A DNA stretch of 64,000 nucleotides from Macrostomum lignano (GCA_002269645.1 NIVC01000356.1:124001-188000), one strand, 5' to 3'; shown: positions 23,665 through 37,084, counted from the stretch's first letter. A program made the numbers and translations. Notes: generated by a model from the letters alone, not told the origin.

Positions 23665-24012
23665 GGTGCGGCACCTGCTTCCATATTCAGGCATCTGCTT
23701 CCTTACTTTGGCATCTGCTTCCTTATTCAGGCATCTGCTTCCTTACTTTGGCATCTGCTTCCTTACTTTTGGCATCTGCTTCCTTACTTTGTCATCTGCT
23801 TCCTTACTTTGGCATCTGCTTCCTTACTTTGGCATCTGCTTCCTTACTTTGGCATCTGCTTCCTTACTTTGGCATCTGCTTCCTTACTTTGGCATCTGCT
23901 TCCTTACTTTGGCATCTGCTTCCTTACTTTGGCATCTGCTTCCTTACTTTGGCATCTGCTTCCTTACTTTGGCATCTGCTTCCTTACTTTGGCATCTGTT
24001 TCCTTACTTTGG
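23665..24012. repeat. 20-bp minisatellite (ggcatctgcttccttacttt)
   Basis: Near-perfect tandem units. Confidence 0.95.
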
Positions 24013-24593
24013 CAAGATCATATATACACAAGATGGGGCCTCTCATTAACCACTTATGTGGCCACAGAAGCCAATGTGAAAAAAATTGCAACTCGCGACA
24101 GCGCGAAAATCAACTACTGAACTCAAACTCAATTTCGTCAGTAGTCTCTGCAGTGCATGTATCATTCTTAGTTAGCTTGAGTAGCTTTTTATTTAATTCA
24201 TTTGCTTGCATGTCTCAGATAGAAAAATTTCGTTCCACTGAGATACCTGCGAAGGCTGTCCCTAATCGGATTATTTCATATCTGACAAAAAGAGTGAGGT
24301 CAAACTTTCCCTATTGACAGTGTGACATTGATGCAGAATGACATTTTCATCCAGTTTCCAATTTACCGTTTTATCAGGACGCAACAGTCAATGCAAAGCG
24401 TGGCCTATCTAGGGAATCGTAAGATCTATGGATAGAACAAAGTTCTGATCTGAGTCATAGGACACTTGTCTCCCGAATACTTCCAGAGCAATTCTCTTCC
24501 TCTTCATAACGCCGATAGATTTCTTGGTAAATCCTAAGCCGTTTCTTAGTAAAGAAGTCAACTTTAGTTAAATTTGAAGACAGCTTGCTGCAG

Positions 24594-26578
24594 ACCAGCT
24601 CCATCGACACGGGTGAGTGTGTTTAGTGGATATCCAGCTCCATCGACACGGGTGAGTGTGTTTGGTGGATATCCAGCTCCATCGACACGGGTGAGTGTGT
24701 TTGGTGGATATCCAGCTCCATTGACACGGGTGCAGTGAGTGTGTTTGGTGGATATCCAGCTCCATTGACACGGGTGAGTGTGTTTAGTGGATATCCAGCT
24801 CCATTGACACGGGTGAGTGTGTTTAGTGGATATCCAGCTCCATTGACACGGGTGAGTGTGTTTGGTGGATATCCAGCACCATCGACACGGGTGAGTGTGT
24901 TTAGTGGATATCCAGCTCCATCGACACGGGTGAGTGTGTTTGGTGGATATCCAGCTCCATCGACACGGGTGAGTGTGTTTGGTGGATATCCAGCTCCATT
25001 GACACGGGTGCAGTGAGTGTGTTTGGTGGATATCCAGCTCCATTGACACGGGTGAGTGTGTTTAGTGGATATCCAGCTCCATTGACACGGGTGAGTGTGT
25101 TTGGTGGATATCCAGCTCCATTGACACGGGTGAGTGTGTTTAGTGGATATCCAGCTCCATTGACACGGGTGAGTCTGTTTGGTGGATATCCAGCTCCATC
25201 GACACGGGTGAGTGTGTTTAGTGGATATCCAACTCCATTGACACGGGTGCAGTGAGTGTGTTTGGTGGATATCCAGCTCCATCGACACGGGTGAGTGTGT
25301 TTAGTGGATATCCAGCACCATCGACACGGGTGAGTGTGTTTAGTGGATATCCAGCTCCATTGACACGGGTGAGTCTGTTTGGTGGATATCCAGCTCCATT
25401 GACACGGGTGCAGTGAGTGTGTTTGGTGGATATCCAGCTCCATTGACAGGAGTGAGTGTGTTTGGTGGATATCCAGCTCCATTGACACGGGTGAGTGTGT
25501 TTGGTGGATATCCAGCTCCATTGACACGGGTGAGTGTGTTTGGTGGATATCCAGCTCCATTGACAGGAGTGAGTGTGTTTGGTGGATATCCAGCTCCATT
25601 GACACGGGTGAGTGTGTTTGGTGGATATCCAGCTCCATTGACACGGGTGCAGTGAGTGTGTTTGGTGGATATCCAGCTCCATCGACACGGGTGAGTGTGT
25701 TTGGTGGATATCCAGCTCCATTGACACGGGTGCAGTGAGTGTGTTTGGTGGATATCCAGCTCCATCGACACGGGTGAGTGTGTTTGGTGGATATCCAGCA
25801 CCATCGACACGGGTGAGTGTGTTTAGTGGATATCCAGCTCCATTGACACGGGTGCAGTGAGTGTGTTTGGTGGATATCCAGCTCCATCGACACGGGTGAG
25901 TGTGTTTGGTGGATATCCAGCTCCATTGACACGGGTGAGTGTGTTTGGTGGATATCCAGCTCCATTGACACGGGTGCAGTGAGTGTGTTTGGTGGATATC
26001 CAGCTCCATCGACACGGGTGAGTGTGTTTGGTGGATATCCAGCTCCATTGACACGGGTGCAGTGAGTGTGTTTGGTGGATATCCAGCTCCATCGACACGG
26101 GTGAGTGTGTTTGGTGGATATCCAGCTCCATTGACACGGGTGCAGTGAGTGTGTTTGGTGGATATCCAGCTCCATTGACACGGGTGAGTGTGTTTGGTGG
26201 ATATCCAGCTCCATTGACAGGAGTGAGTGTGTTTGGTGGATATCCAGCACCATTGACACGGGTGAGTGTGTTTAGTGGATATCCAGCTCCATTGACACGG
26301 GTGAGTGTGTTTGGTGGATATCCAGCTCCATTGACACGGGTGCAGTGAGTGTGTTTGGTGGATATCCAGCTCCATTGACAGGAGTGAGTGTGTTTGGTGG
26401 ATATCCAGCTCCATTGACACGGGTGAGTGTGTTTGGTGGATATCCAGCTCCATTGACAGGAGTGAGTGTGTTTGGTGGATATCCAGCTCCATCGACACGG
26501 GTGAGTGTGTTTGGTGGATATCCAGCTCCATTGACACAGGTGAGTGTGTTTGGTGGATATCCAGCACCATCGACACGA
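24594..26578. repeat. 39-bp minisatellite (gagtgtgtttggtggatatccagctccattgacacgggt) with 44-bp variants (+gcagt), ~2 kb
   Basis: Tandem units with no spacers. Confidence 0.95.
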
Positions 26579-27738
26579 ATCACCTCGACTCGGGAAAAAA
26601 ATCAGGAAGGAACTGAGAAGCTAAGAAGATTAGGCGAACGAATCGATAAAACACTTGCAGTGTTTCATCTCTTCTCTCTTTTACCTCTTCTCAATAATTT
26701 TTTTCTATGGTAAAACGCGGAGGCTTGGCCCCCACCATACCCACAAAATTTCTTCTATATAGCTACTAATTTTTTATATTTCACATAGAAATTTCCGGGT
26801 TGTATTTTTGCTACAAGTGTACATGTAGAACTTTAAGATGGATGGACATACACTCGTAGCATGGAGCTAAGGAATCTATGAGATTCTAATCAATTCTAAT
26901 TTTGTAATCAAATAATCCAACAGTATCTTATTTACCATGCACTTGTACAGCTAAACCAGAGTCTTTCCTTGGTCTGAAACCCAACTATTTTTGGCTTGAC
27001 CTCGCCGACCTAACGGTGTATCTGCGGTCTCAATGAACACAGACGCAAAAACCACCCTTCAAGCAGGGTCGACCAGGGCGCATTTGATCCTGAAAATAAC
27101 TCCCGATCCTGTTGGGTGCCAGCTGGTACCAGCGCGGATCAGCCCTGAGATTGGGCTCTGCCGCTGAGTATAGTGATGGGTCCTCCATGAGCTTATAGCT
27201 TGGGCCACCTCAAAGTTGGATCCCTTTGTCGGGAATCGGGCGCCTCCAAAGGCGTTGGAACCCTTGTGGAGTTTGGCTGTCCTAAATGCGAAGCTTAATT
27301 TTTTTCAAGGCAGGGTCGAACGTGGGCGGGCACACAGAGCCCAGCGACATCAATTGCTTCTTCTCCCATAAACAAGTGAGTCAACATCTGGAGCACAAGC
27401 CTTTTAGGTGGTCCATTTACACAAAATACCCTCCGGATCGAGTGTACCAAATAAACAATCATAAGAGACTAATACAATCCAGTATCCAGAAAAGCGTCTA
27501 ATCTAACCCACTGACAAACATTTCTCCGAGCTAAAACTACTAACAGTAGCATAAAAACAAACCGCTGATCACAGCTATATAGCTCGTACCATAAGCAAGC
27601 CCTCTCAGTGAAATAAATAAATCAAAGTCAAATAATAAGTTTTAACTGATTATGCGGCCAAATTCAGTTGATAGTGTATATTGATTAATTAGTTCCAGAG
27701 GGAATATCACCAAAAACCGAGTTAAATTTGGAGACAGT

Positions 27739-28244
27739 TCAGGCGCTTCCAGTCAAGAAGAAGGCCCGCCTGGTCACGCTGCCATCAGTGTACAAGTAGA
27801 TTGACACCTCAGAGCGGGGGGCGGTGTTTAGCGTGTAACGCAGGTTGTTGCTCTGATAGCCCCTGAGCCGGTAGCCAGAGCTCCGGTAGCTAGTGCTAGT
27901 GTAGTTGATGGTGAGGTAGTCGCAGCAGCTCTCAGTCTGGAAGTTGCGCAGGTTGAGGTTCACAGAGCCGCCGCGCCTGTTCTCAGTGCTGTTCACCAGG
28001 ACATAGCGACACCTCAGATTGTTGCTGTACCGGCCGCCGCAGACACCGTTGGAGGCGGCGTTCAGAAAGAAGCGGGTGTTGCCGTAGCTCCTCGTCTTGT
28101 AGAGGGTCGGGCAGGTGGACGCTGGAACAGTTTGGCGGGTTGACAGGCAATTGTAGTGAAAATATCATAGGTCTACATATTGCTTAACTTACAGACAAAA
28201 GCGGCGAAGCAAGCCAGCACCAGGACGCAGATGAACAGCTTCAT
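27739..28244 (-). CDS. Secreted single-CUB-domain protein B, 144 aa, paralog of A; complement(join(27739..28121,28193..28244))
   Basis: Same 52-nt signal exon (MKLFICVLVLACFAAFV) and phase-1 intron as A. FLNAAS.G...Y.N.L.C.YVL.N.TEN.RGG.V...F.TESCCD is shared with A. Confidence 0.8.
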
Positions 28245-28341
28245 CACTGCAGCGATTAAAGTCGATTTTCAGATTATTTGATAGCTTATTGTTAGTAGCT
28301 CAACTGCTGTTGCAAGATTTCCCGTGTCTTGTGGACAGGTA

Positions 28342-28347
28342 TTTATA
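28342..28347 (-). promoter_or_regulatory. Candidate TATA box (TATAAA) of CUB gene B
   Basis: Lies ~100 bp upstream of ATG 28244 on the minus strand. Confidence 0.45.
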
Positions 28348-28714
28348 AGCAATGGAGCTTCCGCTAGTGACTACGCCTAACTTTACTTAAAATTGATTTT
28401 AATTTGATCACCTGAGCACACACAGACCAATTAGTCAATTAAGAAATCGGGGCAAAAAATACCTTGTAAGGCAACAGTTAGCGACACTTGAGAAAAGTTC
28501 AAGACAATTTGCGCGGAAACCTGTTTGATCAGCTTTGCCGCAATTAGAACTGGGAACTTTCTTTGAATAATTTAGCAACTTTCTTATCTAGGACAAAGTT
28601 TTCTAATTCTGAGTAGGCATCGGGGCACAATGCTGTAATGCGTTCGTTAACTTGCAATGTCAGATTAGAATACTTTGTGAGATTCTCTGGAGGGAATAAT
28701 GGAAGGGTACGATA

Positions 28715-29432
28715 TATCTCAGCATCCCAACCTGAGCCTTGGCATCTCAGCATCCCAACCTGAGCACTGGCATCTCAGCATCACAACCTGAGCCTTGGCA
28801 TCTCAGAAACTCTCCATTGAGCCTTGGCATCTCAGCATCTTTCCATTGAGCCTTGGCATCTCAGCATCGCTCCATTGAGCCTTGGCATCTCAGCATCTTT
28901 CCATTGAGCCTTGGCATCTCAGCATCTTTCCATTGAGCCTTGGCATCTCAGCATCTTTCCATTGAGCCTTGGCATCTCAGCATCTTTCCATTGAGCCTTG
29001 GCATCTCAGAAACTCTCCATTGAGCCTTGGCATCTCAGCATCTCTCCATTGAGCCTTGGCATCTCAGCATCTTTCCATTGAGCCTTGGCATCTCAGCATC
29101 TCTCCATTGAGCCTTGGCATCTCAGCAACTCTCCATTGAGCCTTGGCGTCTCAGCATCTCTATTGAGCCTTGGCATCTCAGCATCTCTCCATTGAGCCTT
29201 GGCGTCTCAGCATCTCTATTGAGCCTTGGCATCTCAGCATCTCTCCATTGAGCCTTGGCATCTCAGCATCTCTCCATTGAGCCTTGGCGTCTCAGCATCT
29301 CTCCATTGAGCCTTGGCATCTCAGCAACTCTTCATTGAGCCTTGGCAACTCAGCATTCCACATTGAGCCTTGGCAACTCAGCATCCCACATTGAGCCTTG
29401 GCAACTCAGCATCCTACATTGAGCCTTGGCAT
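28715..29432. repeat. 29-bp minisatellite (gagccttggcatctcagcatctctccatt)
   Basis: Tandem units read directly. Confidence 0.95.
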
Positions 29433-30104
29433 CCCAAATGACCAAAAGCAGAAGACGCCAATTCAAGCAAGTGTTTGTGGCTAGTAAAAATTCGATACAA
29501 TTTTCTGGACACGCGGCCTTCATAAAGGACCCATGCTTTCAGTGATTGCTGCAGTATATATCATAGATCGATAAGACTAAGCAGATTAAATCATTTTGCA
29601 CAGTTAAATTGCTGAAATTTTCAATAGTCAGTTCACAACAGCAACATGAGGGTTCAGAATCGAGCATGCGTTTAATAACTGAATCAATTTACAGAATATA
29701 AAATATGACGAAATAGAAGACAAAACTATATTTCATGTATCGTAATAAAAATTAAGGAATAATCAATAATAAATATAATAATCAATATAGATTTTATAGA
29801 AGAGTTGGATAGAATAGGGCACTGTCTATACTACAGCAATTGAAAAAACAGACTCAGGACATTCTTCTAGCATTCAATAATGTTCATCTGTATGTATTAT
29901 GCAAGATGTTGAAAAAGAAAAGATTAGAGAACTTTGCAAATTACACGCCAATAGGCTGGTGTGCTGAGACAAAAGAAAAACGGAAAGGATTCTAGAATAA
30001 TTTCCAAATTTGGTAATATTTGTTATTGAAATTTTCGGTCTCAATATAAAATCATAGGCGAGTTACTAAAATTGTAACTCTTATAAGACTGTAACTGTAA
30101 CAGA

Positions 30105-30425
30105 TACCTAGGGCCACTTCTCACAGATATTAAGAGCCACTTCTCACAGATATTAAGAGCCACTTCTCACAGTATCTAGGGCCCCTTCTCACAGATATCA
30201 AGAGCCACTTCTCACAGATATCAAGGGCCTCTTTTCACAGATATCTGGGACCACTTCTCACAGATATCTAGGGCCGCTTTATAGATACCAAGGGACACTT
30301 CCTACAGATATCAAGGGCCACTTATCACAGATATCTAGGGCCTCTTCTCACAGGAATCAAGGGCCTCCTCTTAAGGATGTCAATGGCCTCTTTTCACAGA
30401 TATCAATGTCCCCTTGTCACAGACA
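30105..30425. repeat. 23-bp degenerate minisatellite (gggccacttctcacagatatcaa)
   Basis: Tandem imperfect units. Confidence 0.85.
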
Positions 30426-30965
30426 CAAGAGTTAATTTATAGATCACCAGCATCCTGATTTTGTTTTGATACACACGAAAACAGAACAAATATTTTGCAA
30501 AGCTCTCACTTAATCTAATAATCCGAGCTGGTCTATTAAGAAGTACAACAAACAAAGAACGTGACGTACAATGGAGCAGAAAGACAGAAGTAAAGCAAAG
30601 TTGCCATTGAGATGGGATACACGGCTTACGTTGCTCATTGATCAAATGTTTTGCAAGCATGATAATAATTTGCATGGTCAATTAATCGCTTTTGGTAGGC
30701 AGCATTGCAACAGGTAAACTGATCAACTCAGTCATAGTAGTGCATGTAAAAAGTCTATGGGCGAGTGAACTGGAATCTGGAAATCCTCAAACACCGCAAA
30801 TGTTAAGAGGAAAGTGTGTTAAATAAACAAACTGTACGTTCATTTGGGCATTAAGTACGGAGCTACTGCCGTGAGTAGGCTGTGCAGAAAACTAATTTGA
30901 TCACTTCACAAAAGTTTTTTCAAAAAACCAACATGGAAGGCACTGGCGTGTGCGAGTTGTAAATC

Positions 30966-33900
30966 CTAGGAGTGGACTTGCGCTGAGTCTATTAACTCTT
31001 CCTGATGAGGTTGAGCGGCAGACGCATCCTGAAGAGGCTGGGCGACGGACTCATCCTGAATCTGAGCGGCAGACTCATCCTGGTGAGACTGGGCCGTCGA
31101 CTCATCCTGATGAGGCTGAGCGGTAGACTCATCCTGAAGAGGCTGGGCGATAGACTCATCCTGATGAGGCTGGGCGGCGGACTCATCCTGAAGCTGAGCG
31201 GCAGACTCATCCTGGTGAGACTGGGCGATAGACTCATCCTGATGAGGCTGGGCGGTAGACTCATCCTGATGAGGCTGGGCGATAGACTCATCCTGAAGCT
31301 GAACGGCAGACTCATCCTGGTGAGACTGGGCGATAGACTCATCCTGATGAGGCTGGGCGATAGACTCATCCTGATGAGGCTGGGCGATAGACTCATCCTG
31401 ATGAGGCTGGGCGATAGACTCATCCTGATGAGGCTGGGCGATAGACTCATCCTGATGAGACTGGGCGATAGACTCATCCTGAAGCTGAGCGGTAGAATCA
31501 TCCTGAAGCTGAGTGGTAGACTCATTTTGATGAGGCTGGTCGGCGGACTCATCCTGAAGCTGAGCGGTAGACTCAGGAATATTCAAGCTGGACAGGTCAG
31601 CATCACCCACTGAGCCGATTTCGAATTGATCATTGCTAAGCGGGTGTTGCGGGGTTGCCTAAAAATAAGGTTAAATACAAAGATAGAGTCAATCAACGAG
31701 AATTTAAATTTTCAATAGCTAAAGGTTGTTTCAGAACCATTGCTAATGTTTTTTCAGCACATAATATGAACTCGACACCCACCAACACGAATCCGACATC
31801 GTCCGACAACATGAATCCGACATCCAACACCAAGAATCCGACATCCACTAACATGAATTCGACACCCACCAACATGAATCCGACATCCACCAACATGAAT
31901 CCGACACCCACCAACATGAATCCGACATCCACCAACATGAATCCTACATCCACCAACATGAACCAGACATCCACCAACATGAATCCGACACCCACCAACA
32001 TGAATCCGACATCCACCAACATGAATCCTACATCCACCAACATGAACCAGACATCCACCAACATGAATCCGACACCCACCAACATGAATCCGACATCCAC
32101 CAACATGAATCCGACACCCACCAACATGAATCCGACATCCACCAACATGAATCCGACACCCACCAACATGAATCCGACATCCACCAACATGAATCCTACA
32201 TCCACCAACATGAATCCGACATCCACCAACATGAATCCGACATCCACCAACATGAATCCATCTACCAACATGAATCCGACATCCAACACCAAGAATCCGA
32301 CATCCACTAACATGTATCGGGCTTTTAAATAGAAAATGAGACATCCTCCGTCAAGAATCCGAGACTCCAAATACAGGATACTTACCAATGCAGAGGCACC
32401 GGCATCTCCGTCGGAATTGGTGGCTGCCGCAGGCGCCACCAGCAGCAGTGACGCGTTGGCGCCGGCGGCAGCGTTAAATCCAACAACGATATCCTCAACG
32501 CCCAGAACTCGATCTGTTGGCGACGTGACGCAAGCAAACGGAGCCGAAACCTCGGCGGTGGACACCGACAGGTCCGCCGGTCGAGACGGCGCCCCATCGT
32601 CGTTTGAAGCGTCGCCATCATCAGTTGCTATGGGCGAAGGCTGCGGCGGCACGAAGCGGGGCCGTTGCAGCGAGTCTTGGCTGGAGGTCTCCTCTTCGCG
32701 CTCCATCAGGCGCTGCTGCTCGTCCAGCTGGCGCAGCTCTTTGTCGCGAGCCTGAGCTCGATTCCGCTGGAGCAGGGCGCCGATCGCTTCTAATAGGGCG
32801 CCTTGCTGCTCGGCGTAGTCCTTCATGCTCTGCGTTGAATTCGCGTTATGGTATTAGGGTTTAAGTGAGGTCAACTAGGCTTAAGGTAAAAAAGCACTCA
32901 TTTTAGCGCCGCAGGCACTCATTTTAGCACCGCAGACACTCATTTTAGCGCCGCAGACACTCATTTTAGCGTCACAGGCACTCATTTTAGCGCCCCAGGC
33001 ACTCATTTTAGCGCCGCAGACACTCATTTTAGCGTCACAGGCACTCCTTTTAGCGCCGCAGGCACTCCTTTTAGCGTCACAGGCACTCATTTTAGCGCCG
33101 CAGGCACTCATTTTAGCGCCGCAGGCACTCATTTTAGCACCGCAGGCACTCATTTTAGCGTCACAGGCACTCATTTTAGCGCCGCGGGCACTCATTTTAG
33201 CGCCGCAGACACTCACTTTAGTGCCGCAGGCGCTATATTTTGCTGCCCTGAAGCAACATTATTGATTTTCATAACAGGTCACAAAAGGGGCAAAGCATTG
33301 GCATGTCCCCCCATATTACTGGGGGGAGGACATGTCCCCCCCTCGATGGCGACGCCCCTGGTGTGTATGAGTGCGTGCTGTGTACAGTAATGGAACGCTT
33401 GTGTGTACTGCGCCAGGGTACCTGGAATATTATTTTATTAATATAGCTCCTAGACTTTTCTTTTAGCATCGAGGTCTATTTTAACCTAATATATGCCAAA
33501 CGCCTACGCTATTCTGATGGGACAAAAAGGGCCAAATAAGGTTTAAAAAGCTCTATTGAGGTTATATGAGGTCAGCTGAAATCTACTACCAAAATTTAGC
33601 AACTCTCTAGGGTAGCGCAATAGACTCACGGGTTCCTTCTTGATGTCTTTGTCCAGGTCGAGCCTGGTCAGACTCTTATTAACGCTAAGCGCCAATTTAA
33701 GCGCAATGAGACCGGCAGTTCGAATCTGATTGTCGCGCAGGTCCAGCCTGAGCAGCTGGGGACTCTCGGCCAGGCATTCGGCCAAGGCTACAGCGCCTTC
33801 GCAAGCGATTCGGCACCATTGGAGGCCGAGTCTAAGCAGAGTTCGATTACGTAATAGGCCTTCGCGCAGCAGGTGGACGCCCTCGCTGCCAATCAGATTG

Positions 33901-36900
33901 TGCCCGAGGTTCAACGTTTGCAGATGCCGATTGACGGCTAGGGCGGCGGACACCGCCGGCATGGCCTCGTGGCTGATCTGGTTGTGCCACAGCACCAGCG
34001 CGGCCAGGCCGCACTCGCCGCCCTGCTGTTCGTACAGGCCCTCGCAGATGTACGCGCAGCCAGTGTCCTGCCCGAGGGGGTTAAATGAAGGTCAAATAAA
34101 ACGCCCAAATGAAGGTCAAATAAATGTCAGATAGAATCTATAAGGGTCGCTATGACAACACGAGTATAGAATAGCGATGCAAGTTAAGCAGAGTTGGCTG
34201 CGGTTAGTACTTAGTACAAAGCTGAATGGGGCAGCTCAAATCAAAACTCGGCCTTGAACACAGATACTAGAATATAACTAGATGGGCCACGCAGCAAATT
34301 TATACGCGCAAGCTACTGTCAGTTCAGTAGTAAGTTAAACCGAAGCATTTTAATGTATTTTTAAAGACAGAGGCGTATTTATTGGCTTTTAACCCCCCGC
34401 CCCGCCACCCAATGTTTATTGCCTTCCCGGTTGTTCCAGTCATGGCTGAACCAATTAGCAAGCTGTTTACGCCTGTAAGCTTGGCCTCTAAACTTATCAA
34501 AGTCATTCAAGCGCACCTGCAGAGCATTGTTCCGCACGTCCAGCATCTGCAGAGTTGGCGTGTTTCTCAACAAGCTGGCCAGGTGCTGGCCATCGCTGCT
34601 GGTCATCTTGTTGTCGGCCAACAGCAGCTCGCGAAGGCTCTCGTTGATGCGTAGGGCCGTTACTGAGGAGGATAGGTTGGCATAGATATTTATTAATATA
34701 TTCAGAGGTAACTCAGTACACAAATTTAAGAAAAGCTAGGGATCATATAAGGATCATAACGATTAACGAAGGACGATATAAATATAGAAGGCCGGGAAAC
34801 GTTTGTTTGGTAGAAAACATTTAAAGGCTGGTTCTATGCTAAAAATAAACTATTGATTAAAATAAAAAATATTTTCATCGGGGGGCCGTTGTCCAGTGGT
34901 CTGGGGCAACGCTCAGATGTGCCAGCGGCCCAGGCTCGATTCCCAGAGCAGTCACATTAATTTGAGGCTAAATTGGCATCTCGGCTTGGCTCTGCTCGTG
35001 CAATTAACACCCTAGAGAGCCAACCCCAAGGCACAGTGAAGTGTACATGCCTAACGATAATATAAAGTTAGGGCCGCTGTACACTTCTGTGTGGGTCGCC
35101 ATCAGAAACCCGAAATATCATAAACCTGAAATATCATAAACCCGAAATATCATAAACCCGAAATATCACAAACCCGAAATATCATAAACCCGAAATATCA
35201 TAAACCCGAAACATCATAAACCCGAAATATCATAAACCCGAAATATCACAAACCCGAAATATCATAACTTCGAAAACTAAAATAGTGTTGGACATTGCTA
35301 GAACTTTCGGAGTTATGATATTTCGGGTTTATGATATTTCGGGTTTTTGATGGAAAGCGCTTTTCAGAGTTGTGATTTCTTGGGTTTGTGATGCCCCCGC
35401 TCCTGTGTGTGTGTGCCTGTGCGTATGACTGCGTACGTATCCGCGCGCTTGTGTGCCTGCTAAGGGGAGTCGGCGGAATGGGCAGTAATACCTCTCGCCG
35501 GTTGTGTGACAATGTCGCCTGAAGTGCGCTCTAGCCGAACTTCGAATCTCTCATTTGGACACACCTGTAGAATGCGATACCATAAAACAAATAAAATAAA
35601 TGACCCAGCAACCAACCGAGTATGAGCAGATTCCGGCCAGTAATATTCGAATGCTCCAAATGCAGCGTAACCAAAGTGGAGCCAATCCGAAGCGACCGAA
35701 CCAGGGCCGGGATGCTCTGCTCGGACAGCGGGATGCCGTGCAAATCAATGGTCTGTAGGCACGGAGTTTTCTTCAACATTCTCGAGCACATCTGCCAGCC
35801 GCGCAGTCCGATTCTAGTGTTGTGCGCGATGTTGAGCTTGCAGCAGGACTCGTAGTACTCGATCATGTCGAACAGGGCGATGGCGCTGTCTTCGTCGAGG
35901 CCGCTGCTTTCAAAGTCCAGCGTTTTAAACTGAACCCGTTTGAAAATCTCTTCCAGGGCTTCGACCTGCCGGCTGTCTAGCCGGAGATTGCGACAGCTCA
36001 GCATCTCGTAGCGATCGTTGCAGACGCTCAGGTCGATGCCCTGCAGCTGCTCAAGCAGGTGCCGGTGCGGCTGAACTCCGTTGGCGTCGCAGGCAGCCTT
36101 GTAGGCGCACACCAGCTCCTCCGTAGTGCAATTGTAGCCTGCAATGCCCAGCATGGTTATATTATGAATAATCAATATTTAGCTGGTGTCTTCATTTACC
36201 TGTCCTTCTTAACCAGTGTCTCACTTCCTCTACCCTTCTCAACCGGTGTCTCACTTCCTCTACCCTTCTCAACCGGTGTCTCACTTCCTCTACCCTTCTC
36301 AACCGGTGTCTCACTTCCTCTACCCTTCTCAACCGGTGTCTCACTTCCTCTACCCTTCTCAACCGGTGTCTCACTTCCTCTACCCTTCTCAACCGGTGTC
36401 TCACTTCCTCTACCCTTCTCAACCGGTGTCTCACTTCCTTTACCCTTCTCAACCGGTGTCTCACTTCCTCTACCCTTCTCAACCGGTGTTTCACTTCCTC
36501 TACCCTTCTCAACCGGTCTCACTTCCTCTACCCTTCTCAACCGGTGTCTCACTTCCTTTACCCTTCTCAACCGGTGTCTCACTTCCTCTACCCTTCTCAA
36601 CCGGTGTTTCACTTCCTCTACCCTTCTCAACGGGTGTTTCACTTCTTTTACCCTTCTCAACCGGTGTCTCACTTCCTTTACCCTTCTCAACTCCATCAGT
36701 CAACATATTATTCTCGGCTTGTCTCATTTCACCTGCTTTCTCAATCAGTGTCGCACTTCATCTGATATTCTTAACAGGTGTTGCACTTTACTAAACATTC
36801 CAAACCAGTGTCCCACTTTACCTGCCCTTTTAAGGTTCTCCAACGAAACTTTTAAACACGTCATTTTTTTATTTAACAGTTTTAATAACGACTAATCCTA

Positions 36901-37084
36901 AGAACCCTGTCTCTCTTTCATACACCAATTTGTACTTACCCTTTCCCCAAGGATCTGGTGGGTCCATGTAGCCAGACACAATACTTTCGTCAGTAGGAAA
37001 GGTCACCTTTCTAGATGATGAACGAGTGACATTGCAGTCATTGTTCAATAGGTCATCAGCCATCACTTCTATGGTTTCAGTCAT
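30966..37084 (-). CDS. PPP1R37: Protein phosphatase 1 regulatory subunit 37 (LRRC68), 795 aa; complement(join(30966..31658,32386..32829,33630..34067,34517..34662,35617..36138,36940..37084))
   Basis: RKVTFP (RVxF PP1-binding motif), EALEEIFKRVQFK...ALFDMIEYYES, and RI-like LRRs (LRELLLADN, LETLNLGHN-like LQTLNLGHN, LLRLDLRDN, LTRLDLD). All introns are GT-AG with phases 1,1,0,0,0; total 2388 nt in frame. Confidence 0.93.
31765..32315. repeat. 21-bp minisatellite (caacatgaatccgacatccac) in PPP1R37 intron 5
   Basis: Tandem units between donor 32385 and acceptor 31659. Confidence 0.95.
32881..33360 (-). mobile_element. MITE-like element of the 21-bp-satellite family in PPP1R37 intron 4
   Basis: End GGCGACGCCCCTG (33348-33360) is the reverse complement of the 22894 start; ggggggacatgccaatgctttg and the satellite are shared. 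Confidence 0.7.
34880..35530 (+). mobile_element. tRNA-derived SINE family 1, copy interrupted by a foldback element
   Basis: A-box-like ttgtccagtgg and B-box ggctcgattcc; colinear with 37584-37937 apart from the 35093-35399 insert. Confidence 0.8.
35093..35399. mobile_element. Small Foldback/Mutator-type element with 16-bp subrepeats (cccgaaatatcataaa) in inverted arms
   Basis: 9-bp TSD cttctgtgt (35084-92) / ctcctgtgt (35400-08); the uninterrupted SINE copies have a single ctcctgtgt. Confidence 0.8.
36205..36690. repeat. 30-bp minisatellite (aaccggtgtctcacttcctctacccttctc) in PPP1R37 intron 1
   Basis: Near-perfect tandem units. Confidence 0.95.

Noticed and set aside
24060-24590. Minus-strand peptide GISVERNFS resembling the hAT dimerisation-domain ERxFS motif
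   Set aside because: Flanked by stops with no other transposase motifs; too short to call without tBLASTn.
24594-26578. Long regular 39-bp array resembling CRISPR repeats, with 450-aa ORFs
   Set aside because: Units are contiguous with no unique spacers, the context is eukaryotic with no cas genes, and the ORFs simply reflect stop-free repeat frames.
26990-27400. GC-richer unique segment between the 39-bp array and CUB gene B
   Set aside because: May be a retroelement UTR fragment, but no ORF, termini or second copy supports a call.
31655-32385. Hydrophobic MLVDVGF extension of ORF 31693-32826 and the NPTST mucin-like ORF
   Set aside because: A strong GTAAGT donor at 32385 makes this an intronic minisatellite.
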